This document shows, in pieces, positions 22,063 to 33,904 of a stretch of 37,256 bases of DNA (position 1 is the first letter of the stretch; each line of letters begins with the position of its first letter). A program made the position numbers and the translations under genes. The stretch lies in assembly GCF_001194135.2 (NCBI RefSeq), contig NC_068986.1, positions 52,298,387 through 52,335,642 on the forward strand, given 5' to 3'. The notes beneath the pieces are model-generated. The model had not been told where the DNA came from, ran no database searches, and saw only the letters and a program-made list of their open reading frames with translations. The stretch is from Octopus bimaculoides (taxonomy: Eukaryota).

Positions 22063-23127
22063 TAGAAAATGTATAAAAGTGAGCATAAAGAAACTGAGGC
22101 AAAATAAGTAGACGCGAACATAGGACGAGAGATAGTATATAATATATATTATCTCTGCTCACTATAGTAAGCTATTATATAATATATACTAATTTCTAGA
22201 GCTAGGGGAAGATGTAAAGAAAAAAGTGCCTCTATGAGTAGTGAGAGAGGTATGGTATGAGGGATGGTGTGAAGGGGACAATACGTAGCATTATTGCAGT
22301 GAGTCAGTGGGGAATAGAAGTTATCGCTTTGGTCAAACTACACAGAGTGGACAGCCTGCAGTAGGTGGCCTGAGTTTAAAAGTAGAGGAATAGAGTACTA
22401 AGAGATAATGATGTTATTCAGAATAGCTTGCTGCGTGGAAGACTGAGACAAATAGTCAGTGTGATATAGATGTGAAGATACGTGTTAATCTAAAAAGAGG
22501 AGAGAAGAGGAAAATAAAAGAGATAATGAGATTATAAATTTGTAAATTATACTCCTGTGATAGTATCGAAAATTTTACGCGAAGGTATATGGTGTATGTT
22601 AAGTTAATTGGAGTTACATTTTATAGACTAGGCTCATTCGAGGAACATCATTTGTTTAATTACTTCGTACATCCTGTTATTCCTTACATTATACTATAAT
22701 CGATCATCATTATTTTACCTTTAATTACATACCTTATTATAAAACTTCCACTTGTACAATACTCATTTGCTACTACCTTCCATAGTTTATTTCATTACTC
22801 CACCTTCCGTTCGCAATTTCTCTATAACGCTTTAACTACTTATCATATTTCAAAATACATCTATTGACATTTTCATTAACTATGCGAATTTTAAAATATT
22901 ACACGTTGCTCTCCAACGCTGGTTCGTTACATACATTTGTGCTTATTCATATTAGTCAATACATATATAACTTCGAATGTTAAGTCTTCATTTTTTTAGT
23001 AAATTTTTTAACCTATAAATATTAATTCCTATTAACTTGAATAGTACATGCATAAAATTTTGAATACTACTCTTCCTTGAGTATACTAGCACATTTCACA
23101 ACCATTATGATCAATACTGAATCGAGC

Positions 23128-23876
23128 TTTTACTGATATCTTCTGATCCAAATTCCTTAAGGATTCTCCTGTATATGTACACATACTTATAANNNNNNNN
23201 NNNNNNNNNNNNNNNNNNNNNNNNNNNNNNNNNNNNNNNNNNNNNNNNNNNNNNNNNNNNNNNNNNNNNNNNNNNNNNNNNNNNNNNNNNNNNNNNNNNN
23301 NNNNNNNNNNNNNNNNNNNNNNNNNNNNNNNNNNNNNNNNNNNNNNNNNNNNNNNNNNNNNNNNNNNNNNNNNNNNNNNNNNNNNNNNNNNNNNNNNNNN
23401 NNNNNNNNNNNNNNNNNNNNNNNNNNNNNNNNNNNNNNNNNNNNNNNNNNNNNNNNNNNNNNNNNNNNNNNNNNNNNNNNNNNNNNNNNNNNNNNNNNNN
23501 NNNNNNNNNNNNNNNNNNNNNNNNNNNNNNNNNNNNNNNNNNNNNNNNNNNNNNNNNNNNNNNNNNNNNNNNNNNNNNNNNNNNNNNNNNNNNNNNNNNN
23601 NNNNNNNNNNNNNNNNNNNNNNNNNNNNNNNNNNNNNNNNNNNNNNNNNNNNNNNNNNNNNNNNNNNNNNNNNNNNNNNNNNNNNNNNNNNNNNNNNNNN
23701 NNNNNNNNNNNNNNNNNNNNNNNNNNNNNNNNNNNNNNNNNNNNNNNNNNNNNNNNNNNNNNNNNNNNNNNNNNNNNNNNNNNNNNNNNNNNNNNNNNNN
23801 NNNNNNNNNNNNNNNNNNNNNNNNNNNNNNNNNNNNNNNNNNNNNNNNNNNNNNNNNNNNNNNNNNNNNNNNNNNN

Positions 23877-23952
<76 letters not shown>

Positions 23953-24027
23953 ATGTGTGTGTGTGTGTGTGTATATACATATACAAGAGAATTCTTAAGG
24001 AATCTGGATCAGAAGATATCAGTAAAA
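23128..24027. repeat. 52-bp inverted repeat arms (23128-23179 and 23976-24027) around a gap and a TA/TG microsatellite
   Basis: Arms are reverse complements with 3 mismatches. Confidence 0.85.
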
Positions 24028-24137
24028 TCCAAAATAAAAGCCAAAACGGGAAGAACAACAAAGTCAACAGGATGTGCACCGTGAATGTATTAAATTAATG
24101 CTCACGGAAAGTTTAACATGGGAAAATGAGGGCGTGT

Positions 24138-24164
24138 GACATTTCGAGCATGGCTCTTCGTCAG
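24138..24164 (-). ncRNA. Minimal (Penelope-type) hammerhead ribozyme remnant
   Basis: Minus strand CUGACGA-A-GAGC-CAU-GCUC-GAAA-U-GUC: intact core and 4-bp stem II. Stem III would be the palindromic GAAACGUC with one C>T change. Stem I pairing is not evident. Confidence 0.6.
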
Positions 24165-24479
24165 AAAGAGGAAGGAGGAAAATGTCCGGAGAGAAAGAAA
24201 TTAATAGTCCGAAAATAGTCCGAGAAAATCATGTGTGTCGTTACATGGCTGAGAAATGACTATACACACGCGCGCGCGTATAGAAACACACACACTCACA
24301 CACACTCATACACAATCACACACACATACACACACACGCTAATATACGTATATCTGAATTGCTGTGTAGTGCAGTATTCCCATGTGTATTCTTGTTAAAC
24401 TGTGGCCCCATTTAATCCTGACGTATTCTCAATCATATTTCATATTAAGTTATCGGGCAGACGTTCGGATAAAACCTCT

Positions 24480-24607
24480 AGTAACATCATTATTATGATC
24501 TTCATCGCTGTGGACGTCGTCGATGTCATCATCATATTCATGTACTTCGTACTCGCTCTCGTCGTCGTCGTCGTCATTATCACCATCACCATCATCATTA
24601 CCACCAC

Positions 24608-24657
<50 letters not shown>

Positions 24658-24785
24658 ATAAAATCACATAAGATATTTTGATGATGATAATGATGTCAAT
24701 GATGATAGGAAGGAGGAGTGTGGTGGTGGTGGTGGTGGTGGTACTAGTGGCTGTTCTGGTGATGATAATGATGGTAGTGATATAG
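24480..24785. repeat. (CGT)n/(CAT)n/(GAT)n/(GGT)n trinucleotide mosaic
   Basis: Direct reading of the sequence. Confidence 0.9.
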
Positions 24786-25239
24786 AACATCAGAGGTCAG
24801 TTTCCTTTCACATTATTTAGTATTTACTGCTGAAGTCGACATTTATTTTTCCTTTATATGTGGCTGTTTTTTTTGTTGTCGTTGTTTAGCTCTAGAACTA
24901 AACTGAGCAACGCTGATCTATCCAGACACAATTTTAAAGACGTTCGGGCAGAAAGCATTTCTTCTTTTTTTTTTTTTAGTTAGTTACAGACCATTTATGA
25001 CTACATTCTCTAAGTAACATTCATATACTTAACAGAAAAACGATAAGATCCAGCATCTATTTCTAACAGATCGTACAACCATGTCACGGCTTCTCCCTGT
25101 TTGGTTCAAAATGTTCGCTTCTAAAGTAACTAGCATCATATTAATATACTTTGTCTTGCATCGGCCTTCATTTGGCCGCTTAACGATAATACAAGCATTG
25201 TATTCATGTAACACGTCAACAGAAACTCAAACTGTGACA

Positions 25240-25361
25240 TTTACATACATACATACATCCATACATACATACATTGATACATACATACATACACACATAC
25301 ATACATACATACATTGATACATACATACATACATACACACATACATACATACATTGATACA

Positions 25362-25394
<33 letters not shown>

Positions 25395-25400
25395 TCATAC
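25240..25400. repeat. (TACA)n with periodic CATTGA and CACA interruptions (~40-bp higher-order unit)
   Basis: Direct reading of the sequence. Confidence 0.9.
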
Positions 25401-25759
25401 ACATATGCCTAGATAAATACAGGTGTACGTGTGTGAGTATAGGTGAGTGTTTGTGTGTGTAAAGCCATTATTGATATTAATATAAATGTAACCTGATGTT
25501 TGGAGATATACAAATAGAAAGGCATATAATGTGTATTTTACTGGAAGAGGCTATGCAACGTCAAAACAATATTGTTCAATATAACAAATGTAAAACGAAT
25601 TATGAGAGAAACTAGAGAGACGGAAATATTATTTAAAAAAAAAAGAACAGAAAAAATAGCGTAAACATGAGCAAACTAAACAGTTACAGATGTAAACAAA
25701 AGAGCTGTATGGAAATGAGCCAATGAGATAGCTTTTACCTGATCACACATGCTACAAAT

Positions 25760-25915
25760 ATCAATGCCGCACTTGAAATTTCCCAACATTAATCTGCATG
25801 TTGTTTATTCAAACCCATTTGTACATTGCATTTAAGTCCCATTGTAAGCTTTCGATGTCATCTGGATTTTTTATTGCATGAGATAATTTGTATCACCAGC
25901 GTAGCTATCAGTCAA
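25760..25915 (-). mobile_element. CR1-type LINE RT fragment
   Basis: Minus: SYAGDTNYLMQ*KNPDDIESLQWDLNAMYKWV*INNMQINVGKFQV (YADD region and downstream LQ.DL motif). Confidence 0.75.
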
Positions 25916-26557
25916 ATAGTCAAATCTCTCAGTTTAATAAAACTCGATACTTTTTTCTTTGAGAATGAAAGTCATTGAAGAATTTAGTTCTATAAGAAGT
26001 GCTTATGAACACAAGGTGATAGTCACCGCTGTAGCGACACTCATTCGAAGAAAACCTAGTTTTAAACAACAAACAACTGTAGCTGAAGTGATCTCACGAA
26101 TAGTCTCTTATATCGAAATATAAGTGATTGTTCCAGAAACAAGAGCTGAAACATCTTCAGATCAAACACCATCATATAAGGAAGACGAAGGAGCATATTT
26201 TACTACCAACGATAATATCAGAAAATATAGCATACAAACAATAAGTATACATGAGCACATACGAACACCCTGGCATATGTATGTATTACGTACTGTTCTG
26301 TGATGGTAAGATCAGCAAAGAAAAAGAGATAAATATTATTTCATAGACACAACATAAGATTTTATGTGCTACTAATACTTTCTAGTGTTGAGAACATGCC
26401 AAACAAAGTTTTAGAACATGCCTGTGGTGACGTAAGTGTGTTCTGGACATTCGCAACCGACCATTGAAAATTACATTTTTACTTCTTCAGCTCATCTCTT
26501 ATTTATAGCTTTATCTGCTCTGAGATCTACTGTTCTGAAATAACTGTATGTATATAC

Positions 26558-26588
<31 letters not shown>

Positions 26589-26764
26589 TGTATGTATGTA
26601 TACATAGATACATATATGTGTGTATGTGTGTGTGTGTGTGTGTATGCCTGAGAGAGTGCGTGTGTGTGTGTGTGAATGTTTGTATGTATGCATGTATGTA
26701 TGTATGCGTGTGTAATCTTTTATTCCTTTATTTGTTTCAGCTATACGGCTGCGGTTAAGCCAGA

Positions 26765-27870
26765 GCGCCACCGTGGTTTTGCACAATTACTATTTCCTCA
26801 TGCTGGGGGAGGGCATCTCACCATCACTCCTAGGTGCCTTTGCTCCAACTGTTTGGCCATTTGGTACATGAGGGAGTTTGTTTCTGCTTCCCTCATCTGC
26901 ACCTCATGCTGAGCTGTCGATTCATCCGATATTGTGGTAAGGAGAATGTCTAGTTCGTTTTTGAAGACATCTACGTCTATATTATGTAGGTTTCTTAATT
27001 TTTGTGGCAGAGTATTGAAGAGTAGTAGGCCTTTGAACCCTATGCTACAGTGGCGTCCAATCCTGACATTTGTATAACATTGAATGCCGAAATTAGGTAC
27101 TAGCCCTTTTAGAGTATTCCATATCTAGATTATTATATATCTGTCGCGCCTTGCCTCCAGGGAGTAAAATCATAGTTGTTTCAGCCTCTCCCTAGAGCTC
27201 ATGCGGTGCACTGGTTTAGTCCTTTTGTTGTGCTGGCGCTAGACTGCTTCAAGCTTCCCTGTTAGCTTGACACTATGTGGTGAACATAGCTGAGAGCAGT
27301 AGTCAAGACGGCTGAGAACAAAGTTCCTTCACATGGTCAGCATAACATCTTAATCTCTTGTCTTGGAGGATCGTATTATCCACCCTGCCAGTTATCTGCA
27401 CTTTGCTGTCATCTTGCTAATGTGCACATGAAATGATGCATCATTGCACATACAGATCCCCAAGTCTTTCAGTGTTTGAGACACTGGGATTGCAGTGCTA
27501 TTCGCTCCTGTATATGTAAGCCGCGGTGCATTTGTGAGTTGATAGTGCAGTGCTTGAAATTTTCCAACTTGTAAGCTTGTGATATCATCTGGACATTTTT
27601 ATTGCCAGCGATAATTTTGTATCATCGGAGTAGCAAGTGACAATGGTTGTCTGTGTGTACATGGACATGTCTAAGAGGGCTATTGTAAATAGTAATTGTC
27701 CCAAGACAGTTCCCTGAGAGACATCACTTCGAACTTGAGCTTCCTCAGAAAGGGCACTGTTGACCGCAACTGCCTAACTTCTGTCCTTAGGGAAAACATG
27801 CAGCCACTCTCCCAGTTTACCAGCAATTCCAATGTTTCGGAGCTTGTGACATATCGTGCTATGATCTACT
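26765..27870 (-). mobile_element. CR1-type LINE, 3' ~1.1 kb (RT core to 3' UTR), decayed
   Basis: Minus: ICHKLRNIGIAGKLGEWL...DVSQGTVLGQLLF...CYSDDTK..., followed by thumb and C-terminal region remnants. Confidence 0.85.
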
Positions 27871-28091
27871 TTAACACAAGCCCTTGCAAAGTCAAGATAT
27901 ATCACATTGACATATGGACGGTCAAGCAGTTGTTTCAATACCCAGTCTTAGTGGTATAGGAACTGTGAGAGTCAGCTTCTCCCTGAACGGAGTATATATA
28001 TATATATATATATNNNNNNNNNNNNNNNNNNNNNNNNNNNNNNNNNNNNNNNNNNNNNNNNNNNNNNNNNNNNNNNNNNNNNNNNNNNNNT

Positions 28092-28130
<39 letters not shown>

Positions 28131-28791
28131 TTACTGTTTCTTTACCTCCTCTTACCAACTGATCGAAATACTCCAACAGTAGTCGTGTGTGTGTGTGTGT
28201 GTGTGTATGTGTGGCGGAGGGTATCTGTGTGTAGTCGTGTGTTATGTATTTGGCGTCCATTGACTATGTAACTTTTAAATTCTGCACTATCACGTTCCAC
28301 CGCTTATCAGCTTCAATCTTCCTCTATAGACAGTAACTTATTTTATCGATTCTGTATCTCACATATCTCCCACGTACTCCCTTCTTTCCATAAGGTGTAA
28401 AGCATGACGAAATTAATGAATGAAGCAACGAATATTATTTTATATTATATATATATATATATCAGAATTTTCGACTCTGGTCGAATATAAAAAAGTACTC
28501 CAAATCGTTGTTAGAGTACGCACAAAGTTGTATCAAGATCGACTAGTTTTACTGACATTAGTCGTATTAGTTGTGTTACTTGTAATAGTTGTATAGTACA
28601 CAAACGCTTCAGGTTAGTGTAATATATGCACCCATTGCAAGAGTCTTCCTAAATGAAAATGTTTCAAATGAATAAGAGTTACGTAATGTATACCTTCTCT
28701 AATATATAATATACAAACCTGAAACGCGTATACTAAATAATTTTAAAGTATCACTATTTGGTTGGACTTCATATACACACACACACACACA

Positions 28792-28857
<66 letters not shown>

Positions 28858-28861
28858 CACA

Positions 28862-30052
28862 CACACATGCAGTAAGTAAATAGACTCCTTTAATTTTCAA
28901 AACCTTTTATTTAATATGCAAAGCGAACAATTGAAATGTAACCGATAGGTAGGACTGCATACTTTAGTATTTAGTTGACATTCCCTTTGCAGTTTCTAAT
29001 TCAGAAACTCTTTTTGGCATTGAACTGATGAGTTTTGAGATTGTCTCTTGTGGAATTTCTGCCCAATTTTCACGCAGCAATCGAAACAATTCATCTTTAG
29101 ATTTAGGTTTCTGTCGAGTTTTTCGTATTGCTCTATCTAGTATGCACCAAAAATTTTTAATAAGGTTCATGTCAGGAGATTGGCTCGGTCAAGAAAACTT
29201 TTTGGTCCTATTATCAGTTAGCCATTGTTGATTCCTTTTTGCTGTGTAGCATGGAGCCCCATCTTCCATGAATAAAAAGTCATTTTTCGTTGTTATCGTG
29301 TGAATACATTGGAAGTAGTCCTTGTTTAAGTATTTCGATATATTTTTCAGAGTTTATGGTTCCAACACATTCGATCAGCTCAGAACGACCGTTGCTGGTG
29401 ACAGCTCCCCTTACCGTTCCAGAGATACGGCCATGTTTCACAGTTGATTGGAGTCGTTTCAAATCAAATTCTTGATTGGGTAGCCTCTAGACCCAAACAC
29501 GTCCACTGTCTGAAAATAATGCATATCTGGATTTATCTCAGAAAATCACTCTATCCCAAAAGGAACTGGATTTTTCTGACATATCCTTAGCCCATTTCTT
29601 TCTTTTCGTGATATTAATTGGTTGAAGGAGAGATTTTCTTCTAGCTGCTCGTCCATAATACTTAAGCTTATGCAGATGTGTAACACACGTTCTTTGACTA
29701 ACTTCTAGCTGTTTTTCAATGTCAGAAGCTTTCGGACGGGGTTCGTTTTCCACATTTCTCTTCATACAGCGAAGCTTCCTTTCCAAGAGGAATTTGAAGA
29801 TTTTGGGCAATTTTTTGCTGGCTAAGACCAGCCGCAGATTGCCCAACAATACAACCTCTTTGGAAATCTGACAGTTCTGCTGAATTTTCTGTGCGTGGCA
29901 TGGTTACACTTCGCAGAAGTTTAATATAATGGCACCTGGAATGAAAAAGAATGATTGCATTTTAAATTCTACACCGCTGAAAACATATTAAGACGGTAGA
30001 TCAGAAATTTTGAAAATTGAAGGTGACTATATACATACATCCTGCATGTCTG
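28862..30052 (-). mobile_element. Tc1-family DNA transposon, full length, transposase pseudogene (~28964-29901)
   Basis: Degenerate TIRs CACACATGCAGTAAGTAAATAGACTCCTTTAATTTTCAAAA and TTTTGAAAATTGAAGGTGACTATATACATACATCCTGCATGTCTG|TA. Translation: [20 protein letters not shown]...AARRKSLL...VIFSE...VKHG...MEDGAP...PSQSPDMNLIKNFW...GMSTKY*. Confidence 0.9.
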
Positions 30053-30053
30053 T

Positions 30054-30116
<63 letters not shown>

Positions 30117-30717
30117 AACATATATGCATTAAATGTTAGGCATTTAAGTAGCATATATATTACATAAATGTACCATCAAACCATTTTACCTGTCAAACTT
30201 TTGTTGATTGAGACTATTGTAGGAGACATTTCCACATGGCACCATTTAGCTGAATCGAGCTGGAGACGACGTCTTGTTAGTTTTAAAATGAAGCCTTGTA
30301 TTTCTATCCGTCACTTGTGTATGTGTGCATGAAAACAGGTTCATTCGTATGATATTAAAACTATGTTATTTGTGCATGTGACTAGCAGGTAAAACATGCT
30401 GTTACATTCCTAAATATGTAAGAATATATTGAAGATTGTAATATAATTAGAAACTTGTTCCTTTTGGATATGTAAGTGAATAACATCGATTTAAAAGTAT
30501 ATGAAGAAATATGCATTTAGGATGTTATCATGTTACTTATTGGACAGCATCTAATACTTTACATCTAAACACCGGAAGTCGCAGACGTTTGACGTCTCAC
30601 GATTTCAAGTGTGCGTGCTAGCTTCTAGGTTTATTACTATGATCTATTGTTATAAACTAACAATACCAACTGAACTAAATGCTCAAATGATTATATTATC
30701 AATATAATAACGGAATT

Positions 30718-31077
30718 ATTCTTTGATTCTTTTATTTTGTTACCTGTTTCAGTCATTAGACTGCGGCCTTGCTGGGGCACTGCCTTGAAGAATTCTTAGT
30801 CGAATGAATCGACCCCAGTACTTATTCTATCTTTCTCATTTTGCCGAACCGTTGAGTTATAGGGAAGCAAACACACCAACACCGGTTATCAAGCGGTGGT
30901 GGGAAACAAACACACACACACACATATATACGACGGACTTCTTTCCTTTTCTGTCTACCATATCCACTTGTAAGGCTTTGATCGGCTCTTTCTCAAGATG
31001 CCACGCAGTGGCACTCAACCCGGAACCGTGTGTCTGGGAAGCAAGTTTCTTTCCACATAGCCACGACTGCACCTGTA
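30718..31077 (-). mobile_element. SINE family B, near full length
   Basis: Minus: CAGGTGCAGTCGTGGCTATGTGG...TTCCGGGTTGAGTGCCACTGCGTGGCA head, short internal TA/TG repeat, family B tail. Confidence 0.8.
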
Positions 31078-31096
31078 ATACTAATATATAATATAC

Positions 31097-31292
31097 TGGT
31101 TTCAAATGTTGGCAAGATGTCAGCGGTTTCGGGTAGTCGGTAAGTCCTCAGCTGGTACTTATTCTATCGACTCCGAAAGAATGAGAGACACAGTCGTTAA
31201 CTCGGCGGCATTTGAACTCAGAAAGTAAAGACGGACGAAATGCCGCTAAGCATTTTGCCCGGCACGGTAAGGACTTTCCCAGCTCACTGCCT
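31097..31292 (-). mobile_element. SINE family A
   Basis: CTGGTACTTATTCTATCGAC...TTTGAACTCAGAAAGTAAAGACGGACGAAATGCCGCTAAGCATTTTGCCCGGC...CCAGCTCACTGCC. Confidence 0.8.
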
Positions 31293-31446
31293 TTTACTAA
31301 TATAAAATATATTGTAAATTATGATAATAGCAACAAAGCAAAATTAGTATCAATTTCACCATTAATTTCACTATTTTGTATAAGAACCCACCCAAAATAA
31401 TAAAAGCGATAATCATGGCATCTTTGCCATAGTTCCTGGTATTACA

Positions 31447-31717
31447 ACAGGTGCTGGCGTGGCTGCGTGGTAAGAAGCTTGTTTCCCAATCACATATATG
31501 TATAATGTACTGATTGTTGAGAGAAAATGCAACAAAATAGAGTACCCCATGTATTAGAGTGCTACCGATAGTTTCATATATTGAGAAACTCAAACATATT
31601 CTTCAGGCGCGAACTACATATCATAACGAACTAAAGATGCCACATAAAATTCGTGAAGGCGGTGCTCCAGCATGGTCACTGTCAAATGACTGAAACAAGT
31701 AAAAGAATAAAAGAATA
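31447..31717 (+). mobile_element. SINE family B head (31447-31490) and tail (31655-31717) separated by unrelated sequence
   Basis: CAGGTGCTGGCGTGGCTGCGTGGTAAGAAGCTTG ... GAAGGCGGTGCTCCAGCATGGTCACTGTCAAATGACTGAAACAAGTAAAAGAATAAAAGAAT. Confidence 0.7.
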
Positions 31718-31802
31718 GTGCGGATAACACTCAGCACTGGGTTCGTTGCTATTGAAATGCCACCCCAACTCTTCTCAAAACTGTTGACCTTATTCCTCAA
31801 TG

Positions 31803-32185
31803 TTTGTCGTTGTTGGCACTCCGTCGCTTACGACGTCGAGGGTTCCAGTTGATGCGATAAACGGAACAGCCTGCTCGTGAAATTAACTTGCAAGTGGCTG
31901 AGCACTCCACAGACACGTGTACCCTTAACGTAGTTCTCGGGGATATTCAGCGTGACACAGTGTGACAAGGCTGACCTTTTTAATTACAGGCACAACAGAA
32001 ACAGAGTGAGAAAAAGTTGTGGTGAAAGAGTACAGCAGGGTTCGGCACCATTCCCTGCCAGAGCCTCGTGTCGCTCTTAGATGTTTTCGCTCAATAAACA
32101 CTCAAAACGCCCGGTCTGGGAATCGATACCGCGATCCTATGACCGTGAGTCCGCTGCCCTAACCACTGGGCCATTGCTCTTCCAC
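31803..32185 (-). mobile_element. SINE family C, full length, with a clear tRNA-derived head
   Basis: Minus starts GTGGAAGAGCAATGGCCCAGTGGTTAGGGCAGCGGACTC...GGTATCGATTCCCAG (A-box TGGCCCAGTGG, B-box GGTATCGATTCC) and ends in ...CCAACAACGACAAACA. Confidence 0.85.
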
Positions 32186-33029
32186 ATTCCACGATGTATA
32201 TTGAGGTATAATGTATATATATATATTTGTGTGTGTGTGTTATAAGTGCTTCATTTGCATGTGACTGTATTTGTTCGAACGTTATGAAATTATGACTGCC
32301 TGCTCCTGTGGATCTATTAGTTTTTTGTGTATGCGTGTTAGTGTGAGTGTGTGCGTGCGCGCTTGCTCGCTCCTTGTTTAATATAAAAAAATATCTTCTT
32401 TTTTGTTTCGCAAACGTGATTTTCGTTTTTATTTATGGATGAATGTTTATGCGTGCGTGTGCACGGACTGGATTTTGTGTATTACTGGTTATTACTGAGT
32501 ACGCTTATATAGGTGTCTTGCATCTTATCTTCGTATATGTGTGGACATACAACTGTATTCTATACGTGTAAGCTATATGAATGAAGATTACGTCCGTGTG
32601 TGTTCGCGCGCGCGCGTGCCCCTATATATGTGCATGTGTGTAATTGTGTATACACAAGTGTGTATATATGTGTGTGTGTATGTGTAACTCTGTGCTTGTT
32701 CACATGTTAGCATGTATGTGACTAGGTTTTGTTTGTATGAGAGTGTCGTTTGCAATTCCGCTCTTGGAAATTTCTTCTGATACTCTATTTGCATGGCTGT
32801 CTGGAATGTTTCCAATATGTTTGCAAGTTTTCAAATTAGAACTGAAAACAAGAATAAAATGAATGAAATTTGCGCTGAAGCTGATTGTCACAATCAATAA
32901 AAACAGAAAAGTGTTTAAATAATCGGTTTATAGTTATGAGAAAATGTCAGTTAGCAATAAGATAAGAACAAATTCAACGTTAATCGCGGGGTCTGGGATT
33001 GGTACAATGCTAAAATATTTGGTGGATGG

Positions 33030-33205
33030 GCTTAACCGATTATATTGACCTTAATGCTTGGCTGCTACTTCATTGTATCCATTACTGGAGATATGACAGG
33101 TAGAAGCTGATCTGCGCGGGATTTGTACTCCTAGCGTTAAGAGTCGAAACTGTTACAGCAAGGGCAATTTGTCTAGTTCTCTAACGATTCTACCAACCCA
33201 GCACC
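33030..33205 (-). mobile_element. Old, diverged SINE family A-like copy
   Basis: CGATTATATTGACC...GCTACTTCATTGTATC...GGGATTTGTACTC...CTAACGATTCTACCAACCCAGCACC resembles the family A minus-strand layout. Confidence 0.5.
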
Positions 33206-33217
33206 TTAGCACCAACT

Positions 33218-33225
33218 TGATAATT

Positions 33226-33312
<87 letters not shown>
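33218..33312. repeat. (TAA)n tract
   Basis: Direct reading of the sequence. Confidence 0.95.
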
Positions 33313-33868
33313 TGCCCGGATGCAGAACCAGGCAGTGGCTCTCATGGCTTCTGATCTCAATTGATTGGAAGTGTTATCATGTACATTGTTTTGTCTTGGT
33401 ATAAAAAGATGGGCTACAGCAAATATTCTGCTTAATACCACAGATTTGCCTGTCAGTTGTTTGATCTTAACCAGTTGAGAATGTCCCTTAGTGATTGACG
33501 ATATGTGCATCTCTGATCATGAGCAGAAGTAGAGGGGGAGCATCATAGTCATGTGTTGAGAGGAATTCTTTGTGGTTTGAAAAATTCACCTTTGGAAACA
33601 TGAGTGCTTTGCTCAACATCCCTAAGCAAACCTTATTCAGGGATCTTTTGAGCGGGATGGGCTACTTGACCTGAAGAAAATTCTAACTGGGCCCCACCTG
33701 CGAGGTCATGTGCTGTTTATCTTGATATGAGATCACCATGTCGCGCACATATGGTTCTGATGCATCTTCCTGCTGTACCCTTATCAGACAGGTAGTCATG
33801 ATGGGTATAATGGGATTCGTATATTTTACCCCAGTATCACTTTGATGGCATGCACTGCTCTCTCACCC
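33313..33868 (+). mobile_element. 556-bp non-coding element flanked on both sides by (TAA)n (putative non-autonomous retroposon)
   Basis: TGCCCGGATGCAG...CTGCTCTCTCACCC. Two other partial copies occur in the window. No coding capacity, TIRs or clear tRNA boxes were seen. Confidence 0.8.
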
Positions 33869-33904
33869 AATAATAATAATAATAATAATGACGATGATGA
33901 TGAT

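Noticed and set aside
12006-24079. Longest ORFs in the track (200-390 aa) spanning N runs
   Set aside because: Artefacts of assembly gaps plus TA/CA repeats.
25739-25793. Apparent 55-nt minus-strand exon (LMLGNFKCGIDICSMCDQ)
   Set aside because: Largely overlaps a CR1 RT remnant read in another frame.
28590-28735. Imperfect inverted repeat containing GAAACGCGTA
   Set aside because: Short, AT-rich and lacking the CUGANGA half of a hammerhead core.
32120-32185. tRNA gene
   Set aside because: A and B boxes are present, but the sequence continues into a SINE body without a proper acceptor stem, so it is treated as a SINE head.
33313-33400. HDV-like ribozyme at the fixed 5' end of the 556-bp element
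   Set aside because: A GGC-UCUCAUG-GCU loop resembles P3/L3, but I could not build P1/P1.1/P2 pairings conserved in both copies.
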